Positions 7,938-17,138 of a DNA stretch of 64,000 bases are shown one piece after another. The translations under genes and the position numbers were made by a program. The DNA comes from Candidatus Shapirobacteria bacterium GW2011_GWF2_37_20 (GTDB taxonomy: Bacteria; Patescibacteriota; Microgenomatia; UBA12405). The stretch is from NCBI GenBank assembly GCA_000989305.1, contig LBTB01000006.1:66448-130447 (forward strand). The letters are read 5' to 3'. Within the stretch, counting starts at the first letter, position 1; each line of letters opens with the position of its first letter. The notes beneath the pieces were generated by a model that was given only the letters and a program-made list of their open reading frames with translations, had not been told where the DNA came from and did no database searches.

Positions 7938-8659
7938 AAATCACCAATAAAATTCATTTGGAAATATTAAAAAGACTGGAGAAATATAGAGACAGTGGGG
8001 ATAAAAAAACTAATGAGTGGGTGCAACATTATTTGGGTAGCAATAAGCCGACACTAGGAATAAAAACTGGAGAGATGATTAAAATGGCCAAGGAAATTAC
8101 CAAGGAAAATAATTTTGATAAAAAAAGTTTAGTGAAATTACTGGACTCGCTTTATTCAAAAGCAACTACTTTTGCAGAAATAGATATGGCGGCCAGACTA
8201 TTAGGAGTGTTACCAAAGATTAGAAAAGAATTAGAGCCGGATAATTTAAATTATTGGTTAAATTTTACTCATGGCTGGGCAGAGGACGACTTGTTGTGTC
8301 AGTCAAATTTTACTAGCGAAGAAGTGCTTGGTAATTGGAATAAATGGAAAAAATTACTAATAAAGTTTTCCACCGACAAAAATATAAATAAAAGGCGGGC
8401 AAGCATGGTGCTTTTAACAAAAGCATTACGAGAGTCTGATGATAAAAAATTGTCAAAGCTGGCATTTGAACAAGTAGAAAAATTAAAAGGCGAAAAAGAA
8501 ATTCTGATTACAAAGGCAGTGTCTTGGTTACTGAGAGCTTTAGTAAAATTTCACAAGGAAGAGGTTTTGGAATATTTAGAGATAAATAAAGAAAGCCTAC
8601 CAAAAATTGCTTACCGAGAAACTTATAAAAAGGCCACGACTGGAAGGAAAAACGGCTAA
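7934..8659 (+). CDS. DNA alkylation repair protein (AlkD-like HEAT-repeat glycosylase family)
   Basis: W(AEDD), RRASMV, ITKAVSWLLR motifs typical of the AlkC/AlkD superfamily. Confidence 0.8.
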   Translation: MKITNKIHLEILKRLEKYRDSGDKKTNEWVQHYLGSNKPTLGIKTGEMIKMAKEITKENNFDKKSLVKLLDSLYSKATTFAEIDMAARLLGVLPKIRKELEPDNLNYWLNFTHGWAEDDLLCQSNFTSEEVLGNWNKWKKLLIKFSTDKNINKRRASMVLLTKALRESDDKKLSKLAFEQVEKLKGEKEILITKAVSWLLRALVKFHKEEVLEYLEINKESLPKIAYRETYKKATTGRKNG

Positions 8660-8666
8660 CAAACAA

Positions 8667-8688
8667 AAATCCCCCTTTCGGGGGATTT
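8667..8688. terminator. Intrinsic (probably bidirectional) terminator
   Basis: AAATCCCCC-TTTC-GGGGGATTT between convergent genes; GAAA loop on minus strand. Confidence 0.8.
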
Positions 8689-8705
8689 AAATTTTTCGAT
8701 TAAAA

Positions 8706-9314
8706 TTAGCGAATAACGACTTTGGCAGTCTTTTGAAGTTCAGTAAACCAATTGTTGATGGCGGTATTTTTTGCCTCGGAGCTTAATTGTTCTCTAGCAA
8801 TTGTTTCCAATTGTTCTTTGGTATAAGTTGTGGGGTAAGACGATTTATTGGTTTTTACGAAATCATCAATCTGGCTTTGAGAAATTTCAATGCTGGGATT
8901 GGCTAATTTTTCAACTAGCTTTTGAATACGAATTTGATCTTCAAGATCACCTCGGGTCATGCCTTCGGCGGCCAGAGCAGACTCCAGAGTTTCACCCTGA
9001 GTTTTTATTTGAGCTTCGATGGTGGCGATTTCAGTGTCAATTTCACTTTTATCAACGGAGATACCTTTTTTAGCAGCTTCTTGGAAGACAAGAGCTTCGT
9101 TGGCCATTTGTCTAATGGTTACTTTTTTATCAAGTTTTTCAAGATAGCGAAGATAGGCAGTTCTGGAAATAGGGGCGCCGTTGACGGTAGCAACAATTCC
9201 AAAACGATAATAGGCATAAAGGGCGGCAACGATTAGGACAAAGGCAATTAAAGGAAAAAGAAATCTGCGGGATTTAATTTGAGTTTTGACGACATTCTTG
9301 CTTATTTTTTTCAT
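8706..9314 (-). CDS. SurA/PrsA N-terminal-domain membrane-anchored chaperone
   Basis: N-terminal TM, VATVNG.PIS, L..QEA.KKGI.V; no intact parvulin domain. Confidence 0.8.
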   Translation of the reverse strand: MKKISKNVVKTQIKSRRFLFPLIAFVLIVAALYAYYRFGIVATVNGAPISRTAYLRYLEKLDKKVTIRQMANEALVFQEAAKKGISVDKSEIDTEIATIEAQIKTQGETLESALAAEGMTRGDLEDQIRIQKLVEKLANPSIEISQSQIDDFVKTNKSSYPTTYTKEQLETIAREQLSSEAKNTAINNWFTELQKTAKVVIR

Positions 9315-9360
9315 GAAATCAGTATAACATCACAGAATCAAGAAAGAAAAGAGCTTAGCA

Positions 9361-10647
9361 TTAAGGGTCGATGAAAGTGAGGGCGTAACCTTTTTGATCA
9401 GCCCGACCGGTACGGCCAATGCGGTGAATATAATCATCGTAAGTGGCAGGTTGGTCAAAATTAATGACGTGAGTGATGTTGTGAATATCAAGTCCACGAG
9501 CGGCCACATCGGTAGCTACCACAATTTTTAGTTGATCTTCTTTAAAGCCACGGATAACTGAAACTCGCTGACTTTGACGCTTGTCTCCATGAAGTGAGTC
9601 AACGGAAAAACCTTGTGACTTTAGAGAAAGGGTTAGTTTTTCAGCATAAAGTTTAGTTGAGGTGAAAACTAGAACCTTTTTAAATTCTTCCTGTTTTAAT
9701 AGCTTGCAGAGAGTTCCCTCTTTTTCGTAACGGGGAACTCGAACAACATCCTGCTCAACATGAGAAGAGGTGGGAGTAGTTTTTAGAGCTACCTTAACCG
9801 GATTTTTAAGAAAAGTATCAATTAATATTTCGATCTTTTTGTCCACAGTTGCGGAGAAAAATAGAGTTTGGTGGGCCTGAGTAATCTGAGAAACAATGGA
9901 TTTAATATCAGCCACAAAACCCATATCTAACATTCGGTCAACTTCGTCTAAAACTAAAGTATCGAACTGGGCAAAATTGATGACTCGACGACGATTTAAA
10001 TCCATAATCCGGCCAGGAGTACCAATGATAACATTGGGGCCACGACGGATATCCATAATTTGTTCACGCATGAAAGCACCTCCAATAGCTAGAGCAAAAT
10101 AGACCCTAAGGCCTGGGGTAAAATCACGAAAATCACTTTTAATTTGTTGAGCCAATTCTCGAGTAGGAGCCAAAATTAAAATTCTTTTATTAGGATTTTT
10201 GATAATGGCATTAATTAGGGGCAAAGCAAAAGCGGCAGTTTTACCGGTACCAGTATTGGCAACACCCAAAACGTCACGACCGGCTAGAACTTCTGAAATT
10301 AACTGATCCTGAATCGGAGTAGGTTTAAGATAACCCTTGGCCTTAATGTTGGCTAAGAGTTGGGGGTCGAAATTAAAGTCTGCAAATGAATGGACGGGAT
10401 TTGTTTCTTCGATTTTAGTAAATTCCTCGGCTCTTTTAACAAAAAGGGCGGGATTAATGATATTGCCAAAACGACGACGGGGACCACCACGGGAAGGACC
10501 GGAAAAACGAGAAGATCCGGAAAAGCCGCCACGGGATGGACCACGAGAAGAATAAGAACGAGAAGGTCCCCGAGAGGGAGAAGAGGGTCTTTGACTAAAA
10601 TTAGAAAAAGTACGCGCAGGACGAGATGTAGTATTTTGTTGATACAT
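9361..10647 (-). CDS. DEAD/DEAH-box RNA helicase with Arg/Ser/Gly-rich N-tail
   Basis: Q motif PTPIQ, GTGKT, PTRELA, DEVD, SAT, ARGLD, HRIGRTGR; start placed at ATG 10647. Confidence 0.95.
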   Translation of the reverse strand: MYQQNTTSRPARTFSNFSQRPSSPSRGPSRSYSSRGPSRGGFSGSSRFSGPSRGGPRRRFGNIINPALFVKRAEEFTKIEETNPVHSFADFNFDPQLLANIKAKGYLKPTPIQDQLISEVLAGRDVLGVANTGTGKTAAFALPLINAIIKNPNKRILILAPTRELAQQIKSDFRDFTPGLRVYFALAIGGAFMREQIMDIRRGPNVIIGTPGRIMDLNRRRVINFAQFDTLVLDEVDRMLDMGFVADIKSIVSQITQAHQTLFFSATVDKKIEILIDTFLKNPVKVALKTTPTSSHVEQDVVRVPRYEKEGTLCKLLKQEEFKKVLVFTSTKLYAEKLTLSLKSQGFSVDSLHGDKRQSQRVSVIRGFKEDQLKIVVATDVAARGLDIHNITHVINFDQPATYDDYIHRIGRTGRADQKGYALTFIDP

Positions 10648-10776
10648 AATAATTGATGAGCTTTGGGCCCACAATTATTAAGTCACAAACTAAAAGCGTG
10701 TGCAGGGGCGTTCGCAAATCAGATGGTAGTCTAACACAGATAAAAAATATGTCAAATTATAGGATAAAATAGAGCA

Positions 10777-11058
10777 ATGAACAAAGGAATATTTTTGAAA
10801 ATTAGGGAAGAAGTAAAAAAGATCCCGAAAGGTGAAACGAGAAGTTACGGAGAAATTGCCAGAATAGTAGGCACAAATGCCCATGTTGTGGGCTTCGCCC
10901 TGCGGGGAAACGAGGATATGACAATCCCCTGCCACAGAGTCATTAAAACAAACGGCGAAGTTGCCGATAAATTTTCATTGGGTAACTGGCCGGAACAAAA
11001 ACGGAGACTGGAGGAAGAAGGTATAAAGTTTAAAGGCAGAAGAATTATAGTAAAATAG
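10777..11058 (+). CDS. Minimal O6-methylguanine-DNA methyltransferase (catalytic domain only)
   Basis: IPKGETRSYGEIA and intact PCHRV active-site motif; 93 aa. Confidence 0.88.
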   Translation: MNKGIFLKIREEVKKIPKGETRSYGEIARIVGTNAHVVGFALRGNEDMTIPCHRVIKTNGEVADKFSLGNWPEQKRRLEEEGIKFKGRRIIVK

Positions 11059-11064
11059 AGCATT

Positions 11065-12648
11065 ATGGAAAAAGTGATTACAGTTAAAATCGCCGGGCCG
11101 GCAGGAACAGGAATAAAGTCAGCTGGTTTACTCTTAGCTCAGGTATTGAATGAAAGCGGCTATTATTTAAAGGATTATTCGGAATACCCCTCGTTAGTCC
11201 GGGGTGGACACAACACTTATCAAGTAAGTTTTTCGGTGAATGAAGTTTATTGTGTTCACAAAATGGTTGATATTTTTGTCAGTCTGGCAAAGAACCATTG
11301 GCAAGAACATGAAAAGGAGTTTACAAAAAATACATTAGTTTTTGCCGATAGTGACGGTAAAACAGATATTCCCCTTAGAGAAATGTGTGGTCAACTGGGG
11401 GGTTCAATTTATACCAACACGATAACTTTAGGTTTAATTTCATATTTACTTGACCTCAATAAAGAACTTGCTAAAAGTATTCTTAAAAAACATTTTGGTG
11501 ATGACTCCATAAATATAAATGCTTTTGAGGCGGGATATTTATGGGGAGAAAATAACTGTCAAAAGATAGCCACAGATAAGGGTGGAAACAAGGAAAAGAA
11601 AATTATTTTAGATGGCAACGAAGCTGTTGGTTGGGGCTTATATAAAGCCGACTTAGATATGTTTGTAGCCTACCCTATGACCCCGGCCACAGGCCTATTG
11701 CACTTTTTGGCAAAGAATCAAGACGAATTTAAACTAAAGGTAATTCATCCCGAAGACGAGATTGCCGTAGCTTCAATTGCCTCAGGGGCGTCAATGGCGG
11801 GTGCCAGGGCGGCCGTAGGCACTTCAGGTGGTGGTTTTGCACTAATGACGGAAACAATTAGCCTAGATGCAATGGCGGGCCTGGGAGTGGTCTATTATCT
11901 ATCGCAACGACCCGGTCCGGCGACAGGAATGCCAACCTGGACAGCTCAGGGTGATTTATTGTTTGCAGTTCACAGTGGTCACGGAGAGTTTCCAAAAATA
12001 GTTTTGGCTCCAGGAGACTGGAATGAAGCTTATGAATTTGGAAAACTATCATTGAACTTGGCTAACAAATTCGATATTCCGGTAATTTTACTTTCTGATA
12101 AGAATCTGTCGGAATCGAGCACTAACATAAAAGATTTCACTTCGGATAAAGCTGAGATTGTGGCTAGCAATAAAGTAATTCCGGGAAAGAGAGACAAAAT
12201 TAAACTTTATAACAGCTATGAACACGACGAAGAAGGGTTTTCCATCGAAGGGGCAGAAGAAAGTAAAAAAATGGCTGATTTAAGGCTGAAAAAGAGTAAA
12301 GAGATTTTAAAGGAAATGCCAAAGGTTAATCTGTTTGGCAATGATAAGGCCAAAAAACTAATTGTGTCTTGGGGATCAACTAAGGGGGCAATTTTAGAAA
12401 CTCTAAGAGAAATGAAGAACAGGGAAGATTTTGCTTTTTTACAAATCAGAGGCATGTGGCCAATTGACCCAAAGGTTAGTCAAATAATTAATGCTTTTTC
12501 CGAAAAGATATTAGTGGAAAATAATGCTACGGGACAATTAGAAGCTTTACTTAAATCACAAATGACAGTCGAATTTACGAAAAGAATATTAAAATATGAC
12601 GGGAGACCGTTTTTTCCAGAAGAACTAAAGGAGGCCTTAAATGACTAA
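11065..12648 (+). CDS. korA: 2-oxoacid:ferredoxin oxidoreductase alpha subunit (gamma-alpha fusion)
   Basis: GPAGTGI, YPSLVRGGH, YPMTPAT, EDEIA, QRPGPATGMPT, VENN, YDGRPF. Confidence 0.9.
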   Translation: MEKVITVKIAGPAGTGIKSAGLLLAQVLNESGYYLKDYSEYPSLVRGGHNTYQVSFSVNEVYCVHKMVDIFVSLAKNHWQEHEKEFTKNTLVFADSDGKTDIPLREMCGQLGGSIYTNTITLGLISYLLDLNKELAKSILKKHFGDDSININAFEAGYLWGENNCQKIATDKGGNKEKKIILDGNEAVGWGLYKADLDMFVAYPMTPATGLLHFLAKNQDEFKLKVIHPEDEIAVASIASGASMAGARAAVGTSGGGFALMTETISLDAMAGLGVVYYLSQRPGPATGMPTWTAQGDLLFAVHSGHGEFPKIVLAPGDWNEAYEFGKLSLNLANKFDIPVILLSDKNLSESSTNIKDFTSDKAEIVASNKVIPGKRDKIKLYNSYEHDEEGFSIEGAEESKKMADLRLKKSKEILKEMPKVNLFGNDKAKKLIVSWGSTKGAILETLREMKNREDFAFLQIRGMWPIDPKVSQIINAFSEKILVENNATGQLEALLKSQMTVEFTKRILKYDGRPFFPEELKEALND

Positions 12649-13258
12649 TTGGCGATCGGGAGTAATTCCCACTTGGTGTCCGGGTTGTGAAGATTTTATT
12701 ATCTATGCCGGATTACAGAATACACTAGCAAAATTAAACATGGATCAGGACAAAACTGTTATCGTTTACGACATTGGTTGTATCGGCAACATGGCTGATT
12801 TTGTTAAAGCCTGGGGAATACATTCATTACACGGCCGAAGTGTACCAACGGGGGTTGGAATAAAATTGGCCAATCCTGAATTAAATGTAATTGTAATTGG
12901 TGGAGATGGCGGAGTTTATGGAGAGGGTTTAAGTCATTTGATTGCCGCGGCCAGACTTAATATTGATATTACGGTCATCGTGGCAAATAACCAACTTTAT
13001 TCCCTGACTACCGGTCAAAGTAGTCCAACAACTCCAAAGGGTTCTAAAACAAAATCAACTCCAAAGGGTGTAGAAAGTGTACCAGTAGTGCCATTGGAAT
13101 TGATAAAAGCCGTTAACCCCGAGGCCTTGGCTCAACATGTCAGTTGCCTTGAACCCTTAAAAGTGGCTGAAGCGATGGAAAAGGCGATTAAACATCAAGG
13201 TTTTGATTTATTAGACCTTGATCAATTATGTGTCAGTTTCGGTAAGCAATTAAGATAA
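12641..13258 (+). CDS. korB: 2-oxoacid:ferredoxin oxidoreductase beta subunit (short)
   Basis: WCPGC, IGC, LHGR, GGDGG TPP-binding motif, YSLTTGQSSPT. Confidence 0.9.
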   Translation: MTNWRSGVIPTWCPGCEDFIIYAGLQNTLAKLNMDQDKTVIVYDIGCIGNMADFVKAWGIHSLHGRSVPTGVGIKLANPELNVIVIGGDGGVYGEGLSHLIAAARLNIDITVIVANNQLYSLTTGQSSPTTPKGSKTKSTPKGVESVPVVPLELIKAVNPEALAQHVSCLEPLKVAEAMEKAIKHQGFDLLDLDQLCVSFGKQLR

Positions 13259-13262
13259 AGCA

Positions 13263-13421
13263 ATGACAAAGAAAAACAAAGACCAAGAGTTATTGGTGGT
13301 GTCGAAATTTTTTGAAGAAGCTGGTGATGTGGAAAAACGCTATAAAGCATTGAAAAAGACGATCAAAAACATCAAAAAATTTAATGAAGCTCAGATTAAG
13401 GGTAAAGTGGCAGAGGCTTAA
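13263..13421 (+). CDS. Hypothetical 52-aa basic protein
   Basis: Manual ORF MTKKNKDQELL...GKVAEA fills the gap between korB (4 nt upstream) and the convergent uppP stop (TTAA overlap). Confidence 0.55.
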   Translation: MTKKNKDQELLVVSKFFEEAGDVEKRYKALKKTIKNIKKFNEAQIKGKVAEA

Positions 13422-14146
13422 AGTAGAAAAAACAGGAGTAGGGCGAGGATAATAGTGTAAATCCCAAAGTACCAGATCTGACGACGTTTGAGGAATTTTT
13501 GTAATAATTTCAGGGCTATGATTCCGACAATGAAGGTCAGCAAGAAGGCAAAAAGATACTGGGAGGTAATAAGGGCGGTAACATCCAAATCCTTGTAACC
13601 TAATAGTATTGCTCCTATGGATGCGGGGATGAATAGAGCAAAGGAAAAATTAAAAGCAGTTACTGGAGAGAGACCTAGGGCAAGACCAGTGGCAATAGTA
13701 GTACCGGCACGGGAAACACCAGGAAAAATAGCAAAGGCCTGAGAAAAACCAACAATAAAAGCTTGAATTAGACTAATTTCTGATTTCTCGCCCTTAGATT
13801 TTTTAGTGGAAAACAAAATCAGTGAATTGATAAGGAAAAATAATGGCAAAAGCCAAATATTGGAAAATACTGATTCGACCGTATCTTTGAGGAAAAAACC
13901 GACCAGGGTAGCAGGAATGGAGGCAATAATAATTTGGGGTAAATGAGAAAAGAAAAATTTTATTTGATTTCGAAAAAAGAAAAGGACTGATAAGAGGGTG
14001 GCAGTGTTTAAAAAAATGTCAAAAGATAATGAAGGCGTAAAACCAAAAAAATGTTGAAACAAATTGAGGTGCCCCGATGAGGAAACGGGTAAAAATTCAG
14101 TAACACCCTGAGTCAGAGCAAGAATTATGGTTTGAATTAAAGACAT
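13418..14146 (-). CDS. uppP: Undecaprenyl-diphosphate phosphatase
   Basis: QGVTEFLPVSSSGHL and PGVSRAGTT motifs, multi-TM. Confidence 0.95.
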   Translation of the reverse strand: MSLIQTIILALTQGVTEFLPVSSSGHLNLFQHFFGFTPSLSFDIFLNTATLLSVLFFFRNQIKFFFSHLPQIIIASIPATLVGFFLKDTVESVFSNIWLLPLFFLINSLILFSTKKSKGEKSEISLIQAFIVGFSQAFAIFPGVSRAGTTIATGLALGLSPVTAFNFSFALFIPASIGAILLGYKDLDVTALITSQYLFAFLLTFIVGIIALKLLQKFLKRRQIWYFGIYTIILALLLFFLL

Positions 14147-14160
14147 AAGTTATTATACAA

Positions 14161-14190
14161 AAAACTCCCCGATGTTCTTCGGGGAATTTT
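14161..14190 (-). terminator. Intrinsic terminator after rpsI
   Basis: TCCCCGA...TCGGGGA stem followed by a T-run on the minus strand. Confidence 0.7.
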
Positions 14191-14209
14191 GATTTCAAGA
14201 CAACAAAGC

Positions 14210-14626
14210 TTAACGCTTTGGAGATTGTTTTTTACGACGGGCTTTACCACCAGTACCAACCATGCGACGCTCACGAACACGGGCATCAACGGTAAGTAAA
14301 CCTGCCTGAGCTAAAAGTAGAGTCATGTCGGGATTACCTTTTTTGAGAGCTCGAGAGATGGCAAGAATTAGAGCCGCTAATTGGCCGGTTCTACCACCAC
14401 CAACGATTTTGGCGGCGAAATGAAATTTATTTTCAGTCTCAGTGGTTTTGAAAGGAAGCTCGAGGCGGGTAAAGGTTAGGGGAAAATATTTATTTACAGG
14501 ACGGGTATTAATAGTTGAGTCGCCTTTTCCCTTAAATAATTTCACAGAGGCTACGGCCGACTTGCGACGACCAAGAGCGTAGACATAAGCATTAGTTGTT
14601 TTTTTGGATGTTTTGGGAGTAGCCAT
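14210..14626 (-). CDS. rpsI: 30S ribosomal protein S9
   Basis: GRRKSAVA, GGG..GQ, C-terminal KARR..Q.PKR. Confidence 0.97.
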   Translation of the reverse strand: MATPKTSKKTTNAYVYALGRRKSAVASVKLFKGKGDSTINTRPVNKYFPLTFTRLELPFKTTETENKFHFAAKIVGGGRTGQLAALILAISRALKKGNPDMTLLLAQAGLLTVDARVRERRMVGTGGKARRKKQSPKR

Positions 14627-14628
14627 AG

Positions 14629-15051
14629 TTATTTACCTATTTTATCAGTATATTTATGTTCTGCATTCGCATAAATTTTTAAACGTCGCATTCTTAGGGA
14701 GCGAAGGTGGTTTTTAGGAATCATACCGTGAACCGCAAATTCAATAACTTTACGGGGATCTTTGACCATTAATTCTTTTAGACTCATTTCTTTTAAATGT
14801 CCGGCGTAACCTGTGTGATGATAATAAATTTTTTGTTTTAATTTTTTACCAGTGACAACAATGTCTTTGGCGTTAATAGCCACAACATAATCACCATCAT
14901 CGCGATGATAAGAGAAAGTAACTTTGTTTTTTCCCATAAGAATGGCGGCAATTTCAGTAGCGGCACGACCCAAGGTTTTACCTGATAAATCGATTAAAAC
15001 CCAGGAACGGACCGGATTACTGCCTTTTAAAACGGTGGTTTTAGTTTTCAT
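14629..15051 (-). CDS. rplM: 50S ribosomal protein L13
   Basis: W.LID..GKTLGR, DGDYVVAINA, YYHHTGY, GMIPKN. Confidence 0.97.
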   Translation of the reverse strand: MKTKTTVLKGSNPVRSWVLIDLSGKTLGRAATEIAAILMGKNKVTFSYHRDDGDYVVAINAKDIVVTGKKLKQKIYYHHTGYAGHLKEMSLKELMVKDPRKVIEFAVHGMIPKNHLRSLRMRRLKIYANAEHKYTDKIGK

Positions 15052-15563
15052 TATTTAGTCTCCTTTTTAGCAACTGCTTTCTTTTTGACTGTAACTTTTT
15101 TAGCAATTTCTTTTTTAACCACTTCTTTTTTACCACCAAAAGATTTTTTAATTTTATCGGAGGCGGTTTTACGGTCTTCTTTGGAAATAACTTTAGGAAG
15201 ACTGTTTACTTCTTTGATAAAACTCAATCTAACAATTAAAGCGTCATCACCTTGACGACGTTTAACATTTTTAAGTTCGGTAAAATTTTGAGTCTGGCCA
15301 GGGAAAGTAGCAGAAAAGGCAGAAACAATATTATTGACAACATTTCTGTCCTGAAAAAAGGTAAAGATGTAGCGACGGGAATTAAGATCAGCCCGAACGG
15401 CAGCGGCGGCAATTTTTTCAGCCAAAGGAAGAATAGATTTTGCCTTAGCGTCAGTAGTATTGATAAAGCCGTTGGTAAACAAACTGCGCAATTGAGAACG
15501 ATAGAGCGATTGACGCTCGTTGATATTACGACCTAAATGGCGACCGGAAATTCGATGTCTCAT
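15051..15563 (-). CDS. rplQ: 50S ribosomal protein L17 with Lys-rich C-tail
   Basis: MRHR..GR.LGR, TT.AKAK, R.GD.A; follows rpoA. Confidence 0.95.
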   Translation of the reverse strand: MRHRISGRHLGRNINERQSLYRSQLRSLFTNGFINTTDAKAKSILPLAEKIAAAAVRADLNSRRYIFTFFQDRNVVNNIVSAFSATFPGQTQNFTELKNVKRRQGDDALIVRLSFIKEVNSLPKVISKEDRKTASDKIKKSFGGKKEVVKKEIAKKVTVKKKAVAKKETK

Positions 15564-15566
15564 TGC

Positions 15567-16487
15567 TTATTTGTTCCAAGAAAAGCCTTTTTCTTTGAGC
15601 CAGGCATCAATAATTTTTAATGATTTTTCACCAACATTTTTGGCTTTACTGACATCAGAACGTCCAGCTTTGACCAAGGCGTCAATAGTAAGATAGCCTG
15701 CTTTTTTGAGGGCATTTGTAACCCGAAGAGGTAATTCGATTTCTTCAACAGAAATTTCAGCCAATTGATTGATAGGCATTGAATCCAGAGTGATAACTTC
15801 ATCGTCAAATTCCCGAGTATCAACGATTTGACTAAGAGCATTCATCAAATCTTTGGTAGCGGCTTTTAGGGCATCAAGTGGTTCAACGGAGGCATCGGTC
15901 CATATTTCCATGGTTAATTTATCGTAGTTACTTTTTTTGCCCAAACGGGTAGGTTCAACTGTGTAGTTGGCTTTAAGAACTGGAGTGAAGGTTGAATCAA
16001 GAATGATTTCACCAACAATGTCAGTTTTTTGTTCACGAGCCAGGGTATAACCAACACCGCGCTCAATGGTCATCTCAATTTTGAGATGAGCTTTGTCATC
16101 GGTTAGGGTGGCAATAACCTGATCGGGATTAGCAACTTTACAGACAGTATTATCAGCAATATCAGCGGCAGTAACAACTCCCTTTCCTTTTTTGTCTAAA
16201 AGTAAGACAATTGGCTCATCTTTGGAGTAAGCGAATTTGATTTTTTTAAGGTTAAGAGAAACTTCAACCAAATCTTCTTTGACTCCAGGGAGAGTGGTGA
16301 AAAGATGAGTAATACCGTTAATTTTGATACGAGTAATAGCGGCACCAGGGATAGTGATGAGTAAAATACGACGAAGACTGTTCCCTAAGGTGTGGCCCAA
16401 TCCACCAACAAGAGGACTTAGTTCAAATTTACCGTATGAAGCGGTTTGTTTAATAGTTTTGATATGGAATCGGCTGGTGTCGATCAT
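15567..16487 (-). CDS. rpoA: RNA polymerase alpha subunit
   Basis: G.GHTLGNSLRRILL, GVKED, alpha-CTD (LPLRVTNALK, KNVGEKSL). Confidence 0.97.
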   Translation of the reverse strand: MIDTSRFHIKTIKQTASYGKFELSPLVGGLGHTLGNSLRRILLITIPGAAITRIKINGITHLFTTLPGVKEDLVEVSLNLKKIKFAYSKDEPIVLLLDKKGKGVVTAADIADNTVCKVANPDQVIATLTDDKAHLKIEMTIERGVGYTLAREQKTDIVGEIILDSTFTPVLKANYTVEPTRLGKKSNYDKLTMEIWTDASVEPLDALKAATKDLMNALSQIVDTREFDDEVITLDSMPINQLAEISVEEIELPLRVTNALKKAGYLTIDALVKAGRSDVSKAKNVGEKSLKIIDAWLKEKGFSWNK

Positions 16488-16501
16488 AGGTTTCTCCTTT
16501 G

Positions 16502-17131
16502 TTATCTTGAATAATATTCAATAATTAAATTAACATCGATCCCGTTTTGATCCTGATCGATAATGGGAAGTGCAAGTATTTTGGCGGAAGTTTTGGATTT
16601 ATTAAGATCAATCCATTCCGGTGCTTTAAAATCTTTGTCGGCATATTTAAAAGAATCGTCAGACTTTTCGACAATTTTTGGTTTGAGTGTAATAATATCA
16701 CCGATTTTAACAGAATAAGAAGAGATGTTTAAGGGAGATCCGTTGACAAGAACACTTTTGTGACTAATTAATTGTTTGGCATGACTTCGAGATAGACACA
16801 GACCAGCGGCGTAGACAACATTATCAAGTCTTCTTTCTAAAAGAATCATTAAGTTGTCACCAACTAATCCCTTGATTTTTTTAGCCTGAGTAAAATAGTT
16901 TTTGAATTGAGTTTCGGCGACACCGTAAATACGTTTGGCTTTTTGTTTGGCACGAAGTTGAATACCGTAGTCAGTGGGCTTTTTACCTCTTTTCAGACCG
17001 TGCATGCCGGGCTTAATAGCACCCTTTTTTTCTAATGGACACTTAGGGGAAAAACAACGAGCACCCTTAAGATAGAGCTTAACACCCTCTGCTCGACAAA
17101 GACGACATTTTGTATCTAGTGTACTTCTCAT
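16502..17131 (-). CDS. rpsD: 30S ribosomal protein S4
   Basis: CRLCRAEG.KLYLKG.RC, LERRLDNVV, IIEYYSR. Confidence 0.98.
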   Translation of the reverse strand: MRSTLDTKCRLCRAEGVKLYLKGARCFSPKCPLEKKGAIKPGMHGLKRGKKPTDYGIQLRAKQKAKRIYGVAETQFKNYFTQAKKIKGLVGDNLMILLERRLDNVVYAAGLCLSRSHAKQLISHKSVLVNGSPLNISSYSVKIGDIITLKPKIVEKSDDSFKYADKDFKAPEWIDLNKSKTSAKILALPIIDQDQNGIDVNLIIEYYSR

Positions 17132-17138
17132 AATTTAA

